Made by a program: the position numbers and the translations under genes
Shown here: positions 49,606 to 61,587 of the stretch, piece by piece
Layout: each line of letters starts with the position of its first letter
Numbering within the stretch: the first letter of the stretch is position 1
Notes under the pieces: generated by a model
Database searches by the model: none
Seen by the model: only the letters and a program-made list of their open reading frames with translations
What the model was told of the DNA's origin: nothing
Source: Octopus bimaculoides
Lineage: Eukaryota
NCBI RefSeq assembly: GCF_001194135.2
Contig: NC_068989.1
Span: 96,488,991 to 96,552,990, forward strand
Direction of reading: 5' to 3'
DNA: 64,000 nt

Positions 49606-50620
49606 TTTGGATTAAGCACAAGGGCCAGGAATGTTTGAAAGGGGGCACTTAGTGAAATACCCACCACTGCCATACTTGACAGAAAACGTTTTGATTGATG
49701 CTCTGATAATTCTGCTCCATTCCACCAACTCTGATAATATTGATAAGATTGGAAGTTTCCTCAAGCAATGTAAGGCAGTGAATTCATCCACATGTAAAAG
49801 AGAACGGCATATGTGCTGAACTAACCATTGTATCCAATTCTTGCTCCCTGGAACATTGTCCTTCTGGAATCTCTTCCTTCTGACATCTTCACATATTAAA
49901 TAAACACAGTTTTAGTGAGACACAGATATGTGTTGTTTATTTATTTATTTTTTTTTTGCTGAGAAGTTGGACGTCACCAAGCTTAAGTACTGTCACCAAA
50001 AAAAGCTCAGTTTCTTGTCATCAAGACCAAATCACTGGCATCCAGAAATCCATGCACAAATGTTTCATTGTGAGCAGGATTTGAACTCAGAACACAGGTG
50101 TATGAAATGTTTTATCCAATAAGAAGAAAGAGGAACGTCTATATATAAATGTGGTCATTAGAAAGCAGATCAGTTAAAGAGCAGCATTGAAAGCTTTCTG
50201 CAAGATCAATGTTGTTAGTCCCAAATATGAGAAATGTGGCTTTTAAAGGATAGTGTTTATTATTATTATTATTATTATTATTATAATCCTAAAGTATCAG
50301 TAATTGTATAGCTATTCTGATATCTGTTTTCTCACTTTGACTATCAATTTAATTATTTTGTATGTGTGCGCTTGTGTGTGTGTGTGCGTGTGTGTGTGCA
50401 TGCGCATTCATGTATATAAACATGCATATATATATAAACACACACACACAGATATGTAAACACATGCACACACACACAGATATGTAAACACATGCACACA
50501 CACACATACACACAGACAAATGTGTGTATGTATAGTCATTTACATGTCTGTATTTGAGAGTATGTATGTATATGCATATATTTATACAAGGACATGCACA
50601 CATCCAAATATGGATATATG

Positions 50621-50683
<63 letters not shown>

Positions 50684-50709
50684 NNNNNNNNNNNNNNNNN
50701 NGATATATG

Positions 50710-50770
<61 letters not shown>

Positions 50771-52024
50771 GCGCATGCACGCATGCACACACACACTCAT
50801 ATCTATTTAGTGCTCCAGTCGTCTATGATAATACCAATAAATTTCAAAGCCTGAAAGTTAAGCTGATAGAGAAAATGTTAAAAATATGTTATTATATAAT
50901 CCCTTTTGCGCAGGATTTTAAAGCTATAAAAATGCTTGATAACTTTCATTTATCGCTGCATTTTATTTGTATTTTGTTATTGTGTCTTGTTTTTTGTTTT
51001 TTTATATTCTATTTTCTATTTCTATTTGTTTTCTATAAGTGTCTATTAATGGAAGAAGTCAGTTCTTTTGAAGTGGAGCATTACAGGGCATAAAAGCAGT
51101 TAACTACTTAGAACACGGGAGAAATGTTTGCTTTAAAAGAGGATGAAAAATATTTGGGTTTTTGTTTGTTTTATTCATTGAAATAAAAATAATAATAACA
51201 TCTGACTTAGTGTAGTACTCAATAAAATGCACGAATAGTTATATCAGTTCTCAAAATTATGACTTAAATATCTTCTCTTGAATAGTTTTTTTCGAAATGT
51301 TTTATTTTTTGCTCTCTGCTCTCTGCTCAGCTTGCTCTGGACATGTAAGCAAATAAGATATTTGCATATTGCTATTAAAAAGGTGATTTACAACAAATGG
51401 CTGTTTCTAGCCATTTCTAAATGTCTTGTTGATATCTGATTTTAGATAATTGTGTAAGGTTTCACTGTTAACAGTGGTAGGAACAGCAACAACAAAGGCT
51501 TTGTCACACAACCTGTATAAAGACAGTAACTAAATCACCCTCAAATCTCACCGTATTATTTCAAGGAAAAGAGAAAGTGATGTGTAGGACAACATAGTCC
51601 CGAATAAGGCAGTAAATTGAGATGGTCATTAGGGCTCTGGTTACAATATATATATATGTTTGTTGTGATCCCTTGTGGTCTGAATTCACTTCTCACTAAG
51701 GTCATCTTTGCTTTGAATCTTTTTGAGGTTGATTAAAAAGTACTAATCAAAGGTGGCAGAGTGGCAGAACTGAGAAGTGTGTGTAGGTGTGTGTGTGGGC
51801 TTATGTATGTATGTGTGTATGTATGTATGTACGTATATATGAAGTGAAATGTCAAAGTGAGACAAGAAAATGATTTCCAGTAAAGGAAAATCAAATATGG
51901 AACACTTCTTGTCAGCCATGCAGACAGGATCATTGAAGTTTCTACACATTTATATAAGCTACATGTGTGTATGTATGTATGTACATATATATATATACAC
52001 ACACATACACATACATATATACAT

Positions 52025-52200
52025 ATATCATCATCATTTAACATCTGCTGTCCATGCTGGCATGGATGGGGCGGTTTCGCAAGATCCAGCCAGACAGAAG
52101 CCTGCACCAGACTTCTGTGACTGTTTTGGCAGGATTTTTACAGTTGGATACCGTTCCTAATGCCAACGACTCAGCATAGTGGACTTGGTGTTATTTGTGT
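52025..52200 (-). mobile_element. RTE/SINE 3' tail
   Basis: (CAT)n TTAACATCTGCTGTCCATGCTGGCATGGATGG...GCAGGATTTTTACAGTTGGATACCGTTCCTAATGCCAAC. Confidence 0.8.
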
Positions 52201-52652
52201 GGCAATAACGAATGCATCCCTTGGTTTTGTGAGTGAACACTGAAGTGAGAGTCTGGATAAGCTAAGGTTTCCAGTAAAGGAAATTAACCAGCTAATTTGC
52301 ATATTACAAATTCAATCTGTAAGTGAAACGGTAAAAATATGCAAGACTTTTCTTAATTTCAAAATGTCACATTGTTTCTGTTATCTACATTCCAACGATG
52401 AAGCTGTGTATCTTTGTTAGAAACCAGTCCCTTTCTCAGAGAAAAGATTTCAAATTATTAGAAAACGAAGAGAACACACACACACATATATATAATGCAT
52501 TCTATTTTGTCTTAAATGTTAGAATACAAATAGTTATAACCAAAAAGGTTGAGTAATAATATGAAATAAATGCATTGGCATGCAACCACAAATGCACGTA
52601 CACACTCATACACAATGAATCAACGAGAAGTCTTTATGTGTTGCTAGCCCTG

Positions 52653-52731
<79 letters not shown>

Positions 52732-53307
52732 TGGTAAGGGTCAGTTGGTAAGAGGTTGAAATGCTGGACCACTGGCAAACAACACAAGGCATAAATTCAA
52801 ATCTTAACACAGACCGTACTTCTCAACAAGATACAAAGCAACATAACAATACATATTCTATCGGAATCCTTCCCTATCACTGGATGAGCCAATTGTAAGC
52901 ATTTGGATGGTGTATATTAACTAACAAATGAAAATCCTACATGAAATTGCATTTATATATTGCATGTAGCCCTTTATTCTCCAGTAATTCTCTCATAGCA
53001 AGTGAAGCATTTAGAGTACCATACCTCTGTATGAATCTAAACTAAAAATTTTTCTCTACATTTCTTTTGTTGTCTTTAAAGCATCTACCTCTTATAATAT
53101 TGTGTTGTTTCCCCACCAGATTCTCCTTCCAGATTCATCATCTTATTTTCGCAGAAGTATTACAATGGTATAAACATATTAGTTATTTGAGGGCTGCACT
53201 TTGAATAGAAACTCTTTGAGGCTTTAGTATCCATTCTGCTATTTAAAACATCTTCTGCCATTTCTCTTTATTACTTACTTCTCTTCTGATCCTGATCCAT
53301 ATAGCCA

Positions 53308-53356
<49 letters not shown>

Positions 53357-54544
53357 GGCAATGGAGAAAGAGAGAGAGAGAGAGAGAGATGTAAATGTAT
53401 ACATGTGTGTGTGTGCGTGTGTATGTAAACAAAGAAATATATATATAAAAATATGCATATGTATTGCACACCTTAGTTAATGATTATATGTAGCAGTTCT
53501 TAACACTTTCTATAAATTTTGGTTCCCTTCACCTATTTATCTTAATGAATTAAGAGTTTTCTTGCTAAACACATTCAGAAGATTCACTTTGTACATTTTG
53601 CTTTGTGTTGCATCAACTTCTGATATCACCATTTATTACATTCCAACATTTCATGCAATCTTTTCTTTATCCAACACTCTTCAAAACCATTCTTCATTTT
53701 GGATTTAGAAGGAGGTTTACATCTGAGCATGTGCAAGAACCATAGAATGGTGATAAGCACTTGGTGAGCAAAGCCTGCAGCATGGGTTCAATTCCTAGTT
53801 GAATTATTACTTTCCATGTACACTTCACACCTCTTGTTTCCAGCTTCTGTAAATATCTTGGGGAGGAATTGGTTCCATGTAACTGACTTGCCTTCATAAC
53901 ACTCTACAGGAAGACAATATCTTTAGCAGTAATTCAATAAAACATTAAGATTTATTGATGTTTCAAGTTCCTAATTCTGAACATCAAATTTGCCAAACAT
54001 TTGCTGGAATTTAGTTGTTCCGAAATGTTTTGATTATGGATTGGCAGCCCCTCCTTCGGCTGCCAACTTTAGATTTCTGTGCTCTCTGTACATTCACTAT
54101 GTATAAAGCAACCCCCCTCCACTCATTCTGTGTTGTTGCCTTGGCAGACCCCCCACCCACACACCACCACCACCCAACCTCACTGCCTGCTGCATTGCCT
54201 CTGCAGATGATTGATGAGCAAGACTACTTCTGTAGAACTGGTGCTATGAAGAATGCACTGAATACACACTCTAAAGTGGTTGATAAAAGAGGATCAGAGA
54301 AAGCATAGGGCTGTGGCGTCCATTTTTTCCTTCAAAGACTATTCAATCATACCAGAACTGGTGCCATAGCAAAAGGCATCCAGTACATTCTGTAAAGTGG
54401 TTTGGTGATAAGAAGAGCATATAACCATAGAAACCAAGGCAAATGACTTGTACAAGCACCAGTCAATGAGAATGGTAGCTGTAAATATGAAATTATTTGG
54501 AGTGTGATAACCCCTCCGACTCATGACAACGTGGTGGTGGTGGT

Positions 54545-54705
54545 GGTGGCAGAGGTAGAGTGCGAGACGAAATGTCTGCAGTATTTTGTTCTTGTCAGTT
54601 CCTTTCTGAGTTCAAACACCACTAAGTTCAATTTTGTCTTTCATCCTTCTGGGCTAGATATAAAACACAGTACCAGTGATGTGCTAGGGTTGATCTCATT
54701 ATAGT
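54545..54705 (+). mobile_element. tRNA SINE (TAT-tail family), degenerate
   Basis: CTGAGTTCAAACACC..GTTCAATTTTGTCTTTCATCCTT..AGTACCAG..GGGTTGAT. Confidence 0.6.
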
Positions 54706-55844
54706 CTTGTGTGCTGACGTTATAAATCAATCAGATAAATGTTTCAGGAGATGAATAAGTAATGAGGATATGTGACCCTTATAAAATATATTCTCAGTCA
54801 CTTTCCATTCTGACTCAGGTCAATGTTGTGAGCTCCTTTTTAGAGTTTTAGCTACAATTGTAACAAGTTTTCATTTTCATTGAAATTACTTTTAGTCTCA
54901 TTATTGTCTAATGTCGTTTACTCTCTTTTACAGTTGTTAGTGTCATTCTAAAAATTAAAAATCTTGATTAGTTTTTGTCAGGAATGTGCATTTGGGTTCA
55001 ATTATAATTTTTTTCTGTCATTTTCATTTCTTTTTTTTTTATTTGAAATTTAAAATTAATAAAACTGATTAATTTCGTTTTTAGTTTTGTTTTTAACAAA
55101 CTAAAATCAGTGTGGAAAACATCTGAAATTGAAATTTGTAAATTAAATTAAATTAAATTGAATTAAAATTTTTATCAATTTCATTTAAAATTTGTTTTAT
55201 TTTTATTGAATTTTAATTCAAGTTTGAATTTCAATTCTAGATTAAAAAATAGGTTTTAGATTAAAAAGGAGAAAAAATCTGAATTTTGTATTCAATTTAT
55301 GAAAATATCTCAGTTATATTGATGCAAAATTTCAAATCATGAAAAGAAAACAAACATACAAAACAAATGGTACATTGAAAATAAGAAGAGAAAACTTTTT
55401 TTGTTTTTTCACCAAATGTCTTTATTGAACCAGTTTGCTTCAGTGTTTCTTCATTGGTTTTACATCTGATTTTTTATGCTGGCATAGGTTTGATGGTTAT
55501 TTATTTGAAGCAGTATTTTACACCCAGATGCGCTTTTTGTTGTCAACACTTACCTGCTTTTCAAAGGACTTCAAAATCACAGCAGTACAAAATATATTCT
55601 ACACAGTGAATATAAATACGACATCACTGCTTTTTGGTTGGACAATCTCAGGTGAAGAAGCCAAAATGGTAGCTTTCATGCACACAAATATATATATTTT
55701 TTCTTTTACTTGATTAAGTCCTTGGGCTGCAGCCATGCTGGGGCACCACACTAAAAACTTTCATGGAACAAACCAATCCTAATGTTTTAGTCTGGTACTT
55801 ATTCTATTCTATCAGTTTCTTTTATTACTGAACTCTTGGTATCT

Positions 55845-56510
55845 CGTCTACTCTCTTCATTGACTACAACCTTTGCATTTCCCACTTGAAAGCGTCATAG
55901 TTGTTTATTTTTCTTCTTCTTTCACATTGCTATGTCAATGGTCATACATGTCATACACAACAATGTCTGGTCAGGTGATCACACTGGATCATTGCATCCC
56001 ACAGGGTTTTGCAATTCTCATTCTCGGTGACACCTTCTGGGGTTTGTTCATACCACATCTTTGCTCTTTGTAGGCTATGATTTCCACAGAACTCCCAATG
56101 GATCATTCTTGCCATGTTATCATGGCATCTTTTGTATTCCCGTTGTGCCAATTTCAGGCATTCGCTAACGATGTGTCATACCGTTTCACTCCTCTCACCA
56201 CACATTCTGCATTTGTCGCTATCAATAGTGTTGCCTATTCTGCCCTGCATATAGTTGGTCTTTAATGCTTGTTCCTGAGCTGCGCATATGAGTGCATCTG
56301 TTTCTCTTCAGGTCACTCCTCCTTGTCCATAGCCACCGGTCCTCTCTATCTGTCTTGGCATTCACATCTCTTGCAAACTGACCATACATTTTCTTTTCCT
56401 TCCATGCTTTTTCTTTTTTTTTTTTTGTCCATTTCTTGTTTAAATTTTTCTTTCATTACACAATTTTCAGTTTTTATGATGACAGCCTTCTTCGTGTATT
56501 TCAACAATGG
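55845..56510 (-). mobile_element. R4/Dong LINE fragment (knuckle to endonuclease)
   Basis: LAQREYKRCHDNMARMIHWEFCGNHSLQRAKMWYEQTPEGVTENENCKTLWDAMIQCDHLTRH; close relative of 9303-9738. Confidence 0.9.
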
Positions 56511-56527
56511 CTCCACAGCATTTTTTA

Positions 56528-56575
<48 letters not shown>

Positions 56576-56782
56576 GATGGCAGCTGGCAGAACTGTTAGC
56601 ACACTGGGCTAAAATGCTTAGTGGTATTTCGTCTGTCTACGTTCTGAGGTCAACTTTGCCTTTCAGGGTTGATAAAATAAGTACCAGTTGCACACTGGGG
56701 TCAATGTAATAAACTCATCCTCTTCCCTAAAATTGCTGCCCTTGTGGCAAAATTTGAAAACATTATTATTATTATTATTATT
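56576..56782 (+). mobile_element. tRNA SINE with (TAT)n tail
   Basis: TGGCAGAACTGTTAGCACACTGGGCTAAAATGCTTAG...ATAAGTACCAGTTG..CTGGGGTCAATGTAAT..CCCTTGTGGCAAAATTTGAAAAC(ATT)n. Confidence 0.85.
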
Positions 56783-57053
56783 TTGGTTTGGCTCAGGTTC
56801 GGTCTTATTCTTGATAGGAATTATGTGGGTAACGGGTTACTACCTGTAACCTTAGTTACCCACAATTTTTCAGCTGTCTTTTCAAGTACTTAGAACCCTC
56901 CTGATAATCCTTGCTGTCCCTAAGAGACAAACTTTCTGTAGGTACTCTACCTGGCATTTTATTTCAATCTCCTTCAAACGTTTGTCTATATCTGTGTTTA
57001 CTGTTCCCAACGCACCAATTATTAAAGGCACGACCTTTACTGTTCCCATGCTC

Positions 57054-57055
<2 letters not shown>
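56762..57055 (-). mobile_element. Young R4/Dong LINE 3' end (family Y) inside (ATT)n
   Basis: Uninterrupted WSMGTVKVVPLIIGALGTVNTDIDKRLKEIEIKCQVEYLQKVCLLGTARIIRRVLST* (57055-56882); UTR hairpin at 56824-56864. Confidence 0.92.
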
Positions 57056-57117
<62 letters not shown>

Positions 57118-58040
57118 TTATGTTTGACTTTTGTTTTGCATTTGTACAAGTTGGATCCAAGTCTCACCCAGAGACAACAAGAGACAACAAGTTAGAAGTC
57201 CATGTAGGTGTTATGCCTAGGGTACCATATATTTGGATTTGTACATACCATATATTTGGATTTGTACATACCATATATTTGGATTTGTACTAGAGAATGT
57301 TTAAGAAACCATAAGAAAATTGTGTTTGTTTTAAAATTTGAGATCACATNNNNNNNNNNNNNNNNNNNNNNNNNNNNNNNNNNNNNNNNNNNNNNNNNNN
57401 NNNNNNNNNNNNNNNNNNNNNNNNNNNNNNNNNNNNNNNNNNNNNNNNNNNNNNNNNNNNNNNNNNNNNNNNNNNNNNNNNNNNNNNNNNNNNNNNNNNN
57501 NNNNNNNNNNNNNNNNNNNNNNNNNNNNNNNNNNNNNNNNNNNNNNNNNNNNNNNNNNNNNNNNNNNNNNNNNNNNNNNNNNNNNNNNNNNNNNNNNNNN
57601 NNNNNNNNNNNNNNNNNNNNNNNNNNNNNNNNNNNNNNNNNNNNNNNNNNNNNNNNNNNNNNNNNNNNNNNNNNNNNNNNNNNNNNNNNNNNNNNNNNNN
57701 NNNNNNNNNNNNNNNNNNNNNNNNNNNNNNNNNNNNNNNNNNNNNNNNNNNNNNNNNNNNNNNNNNNNNNNNNNNNCCCACCAGTTTTTATCATGGGGCA
57801 AGTCCAGGTTTTTGCATATTACCCAGTGAATATATTGTGCAGCTCTATCATGCCTGTTGAGATATTCTGTAGGCGCAAGCAGACTGCACATGGAGACAAC
57901 ATGATCGATGGTCTCATTTTGTTGTTGGCATATACGACATAATGGGGAGCTGCCGTTCTTTAATATGTTGGCCTGGTAGTTCTTTGTAGGTAGGTATTGA
58001 TCTTGGGCTGCTATGATAAACCCCTCTGTTTCTGATTTCA
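57056..58040 (-). mobile_element. Young R4/Dong LINE 3' portion (family X) spanning a gap, inside (ATT)n
   Basis: SETEGFIIAAQDQYLPTKNYQANILKNGSSPLCRICQQQNETIDHVVSMCSLLAPTEYLNRHDRAAQYIHWVICKNLDLPHDKNWW (CCHC knuckle, RHD motif); UTR at 57116-57349 with three 23-bp repeats. Confidence 0.92.
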
Positions 58041-58064
58041 TTATTATTATTATCATTATTAATA

Positions 58065-58113
<49 letters not shown>

Positions 58114-59308
58114 TGACAGTATCATACAGTAGTTTAGCTTTTTACAAATAACCTAGTATGTCTGCTTTTTACAAATAGGTACCCCACCAAGGTACTTATT
58201 CACCACTTGACTGTACCAATGTGAGTTAAATGGCATGGTTATTTTGTTTAGGATAATAGAATGATAAAATCAGAAGCACTGAAGTCTCTTCTGTGTTTCT
58301 TTGTTTTGTATTGTCTTACAATTCTATTAAAAATGAAAAAAGAAAACAGTAACACAGAAACCATTTTGATTGTTACTCCATTCAAATTCTAAACAAATTT
58401 CTACATCACACTGAGAAACAAACCATTAAAAAAAACAAACAAAAAAACCATAACATATGTCATTATATCTTCAAAGAACTTCAATAACGACTCATTTTAG
58501 AAATGAAACATAACTTCTTTATATTTAAACACTGCTGGAGGTTTTTGTAATTTTTTTTATTATTTCTTGTTTTTTTTTATATATTTTTTAATGCAATCTC
58601 AAATTCAGAAAATTGTAAAGATCTTGGGTACTCTATAATATTTATTTCCTTTTATTGATTAAAATCTTTCAGTCATCATTTCATTCTGCTAAATGTTTGT
58701 CAAACTCCCACTGACATATGCCAGCACCTTATGTTATTCATCGTTCTAAGAGAGGCGTTACTGTTTATTGTTACAAATTATTTAGGAGTAGCAGTTATGG
58801 TTTCCACAATTGCATACAAATGAAAGAGAGAAAGGGGGGAAGAGGGGGAAAGAAGTTCTATCCAGTGATCAGCCCATTCCTCTAAGAATTAAGTTGAGGC
58901 TATGAGTCGTTTTGACATGGCTCTTTCAATGCTCACTTATTTGGCATCGAACATCTTGATGGTTCCTTCATTTTAATGTTTTTCTCACTCTCCCTTCCTC
59001 TCTCTCTCTCTCTCTCTCTATCTATCTTTCTCTCCCCTCCTCTGTCTGTCTCTGTCCTCTGTCTATCTCTTTCTCTCTTTATTGCTCTATGCCTACAAGA
59101 AGAGGGAACGTGTTTATGTTAGTGGTGTTCAATTAATAAATTGCAATGTCTCTCTCTCTCTCTTCCTCTTCACCTCTCTCATTCACTCTACCTGTATGTA
59201 TATATACATCTATGCACACACACACACACGTGTGTGTGTGTGTGTATTGTCACCAAAACAGTTCGAATATCTGGTCTGTCATGTTGAACCATCAGCATTC
59301 AAGCAGTT

Positions 59309-59755
59309 TCATCATCATCATCATCATAATCATCTTTTAAGGTCCGCTTTCCATGCTAGCATGGGTTGGACGATTTGACTGAGGACTGGTGAACCAGAAG
59401 GTTGCACCAGGCTCCAGTCTGATCTGGCAGAGTTTCTACAGCTGGATGCCCTTCCTAATGCCAACCACTCCGAGAGTGTAGTGGGTGCTTTTTACATGCC
59501 ACCAGCACAAGGGCCAGTCGGGCAGTACTGGCAACAGCCACGCTCAAAATGGTGTTTTTTACTTGCCACCTGCACAGGAGCCAGTCCAGCGGCACTGGCA
59601 ATGACCTCACTCAAATGTTTTTTTCATGTGCCACCAACACAAGTGCCAATAAGGCGACGCGGGTAATGGTCACACTCAAATGGTGCCTTTTACATGCCAT
59701 TGGCACGGAAGCCGGACAGCTGTCCTAGCAACGATCACGCTTGGATGGTGCTATT
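59309..59755 (-). mobile_element. RTE 3' UTR with four ~65-bp tandem hairpin units
   Basis: (CAT)n tail, CCATGCTAGCATGG, then repeats of GGTGCTTTTTACATGCCACC..GCAC..GCCAGT..ACTGGC. Confidence 0.9.
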
Positions 59756-60508
59756 CTGTTCAGTTGATACATTTCCATTTATTCTGTTAAATTGATACAT
59801 TTCCAGTTTTTAAACTAACAACTAGAGAAATACACACACACATATGCATATATGTATGTATATACATACACATGACAGACATACATGCAGCTTCTATCCA
59901 CCAAATCTACTCACAAGGCATTGGTAGGCCGATAGGATTGCTGTTGGAAACACTTGTTCAAGGTGTTATACAGCAGTACTGATCCTTTAAACACATCATT
60001 GCAAAGCAAGCTTCTTAATGTAAGGATACATTGAATAATGTAGTCCAAGATAGACAACATTTGAAAATAAGCATGGCTGAAACATCTTTAACCAATGGCT
60101 TGTTTGATCAATGCTAACCTTTCTTCATTTTTGTTTTTTCTGTATAACTTCTGACTAAATATTCCATCTCAATCTCATAAGTCAGTAATATTTAAGTAGT
60201 TTTCCTCTTTCATGCTTCTGTTTTCAACATAATGTTCAATCTATTTTCAATTCCATGGAAAATCAATCTATTTTCAATTCTATGACTTTGTGGTTTACTA
60301 AGTTACTATGGTGTGGAATGAAACCCTAAATAAGAAATTAAAATTTTCGGCTTGAAATCAGCCAAAAAGTATGTTTATATGTAGAGACTGAGTATGATAA
60401 GACAATTAAAGAAGATACTGATTGAGGTATATTTCACAAAATAGAAGCTGGAAAAAGGAAATTAATAGTCAGACCTATTCTAGCTTTTAACTCATTTCAT
60501 ATATATAT

Positions 60509-60719
60509 AAACAATTGCAGCGTGGAATTTTGTCAGTGAACAGGTCGCGGTCTCAAAGCGACGAAAATATTTTGACAAATTAAATTTAAATGTTGAAGTG
60601 AATCTAACGGATTTTGTGTGTTATTTTAAATGGCTTATAAACACCTTCCACACTGCAATTGTTTTCGTTCCAGCACACAATCTCAGATCAGGTCACTTGC
60701 TATGCAAGTGCATCTCCGT

Positions 60720-60765
<46 letters not shown>

Positions 60766-60778
60766 ACGGAGATGCACT
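60509..60778. mobile_element. Fold-back repeat in (TA)n context carrying a hammerhead-like motif (probable Penelope pLTR or retrozyme derivative)
   Basis: 18/19 inverted repeat at 60509-60527 and 60646-60664; perfect 72-bp palindrome at 60707-60778; CpG-rich compared with its flanks. Confidence 0.6.
60529..60579 (+). ncRNA. Type I minimal hammerhead ribozyme candidate with variant core
   Basis: Stem I TTTGTCA/TGACAAA; core GTGAACA plus extra G; stem II GTCGC/GCGAC; GAAA; palindromic AATATT stem III; predicted cleavage after 60572. Confidence 0.6.
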
Positions 60779-61554
60779 ATATATCTGTATATGATTCTCT
60801 GTTGCCTCAGGATGATAATGACCATCATCTTGATTTAATGTCTGTGTCCCATGCTGGCATGAGCTGGATGGTAAGAAATTATGCAAATTGAATTCAAACT
60901 GGTAACCTAAGGATGGCAGCTGTATATGATTACACTGATGCAGTCCTCCATTCTACCAAGTGATCTATCAATGCACAAGAAATACCAGACGTTGAGTATG
61001 CTTAACAAAGACTTTGTTAGCTTCAAACATGCCATATTCATTTAAAATATATTCTATCATAAACAAGCTGTATGGAAGGAACAGCATTATATTTTTGTGG
61101 AGACTATTGAGAAACCTTATGTTATTATTTATTTTAATGCTAAAATTACAAATCTGGGAGAGAGAGAGAGAGAGCATTTTAAAAAAATGATCTTGAAAAG
61201 CTTCTAAGGTTAAAGATGCAATTTATTTTCAAGGATCTACCAACTGTAGACAAGACCTTCCAATTGATGGAGGATTCAGAAAGATTAAACAACAGATATA
61301 TTTGTTCATTATCTCTACTACTTTCTCCATCTCCTTTTTAGTGGTTTTTCGTGTTTTTTGCTTTTGTATTTTTCTTTATATAAACGGGTATTATATATGT
61401 TTTCTCCATTTGCCATGGTTTACCAGCTTTATACAAATGGTCAAATTGTTTAAACAAATAAGTAAAACAGATATGAAATCAATTGGGTTTATTTTAGTTC
61501 AAATTTTACTGAGATTGTTGCTACTTGAAAAAAACAATTTCTGCCTTTACTTAC

Positions 61555-61587
61555 CTTAAAACAATAAGAGAAGAATGCATGTTATTC
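61555..61587 (-). other. Candidate 33-nt exon of an unidentified gene
   Basis: ATTTTCTTTATTGAACTGCAG|GAATAAC...TTTTAAG|GTAAGT; open in one frame (NNMHSSLIVL); symmetric phase. Confidence 0.25.

Noticed and set aside
50612-50770. GATATATGTTTAC(AC)n duplicated on both sides of an 18-N gap
   Set aside because: Most likely overlapping contig ends at a microsatellite, i.e. an assembly artefact.
57192-58125. Five ORFs across the 57350-57777 gap
   Set aside because: N artefacts; only the - strand R4/Dong segment is meaningful.
59480-59755. CRISPR-like repeat-spacer appearance
   Set aside because: Eukaryotic context, degenerate repeats, no cas genes, and it lies within an RTE 3' UTR; kept only as an RNA-structure finding.
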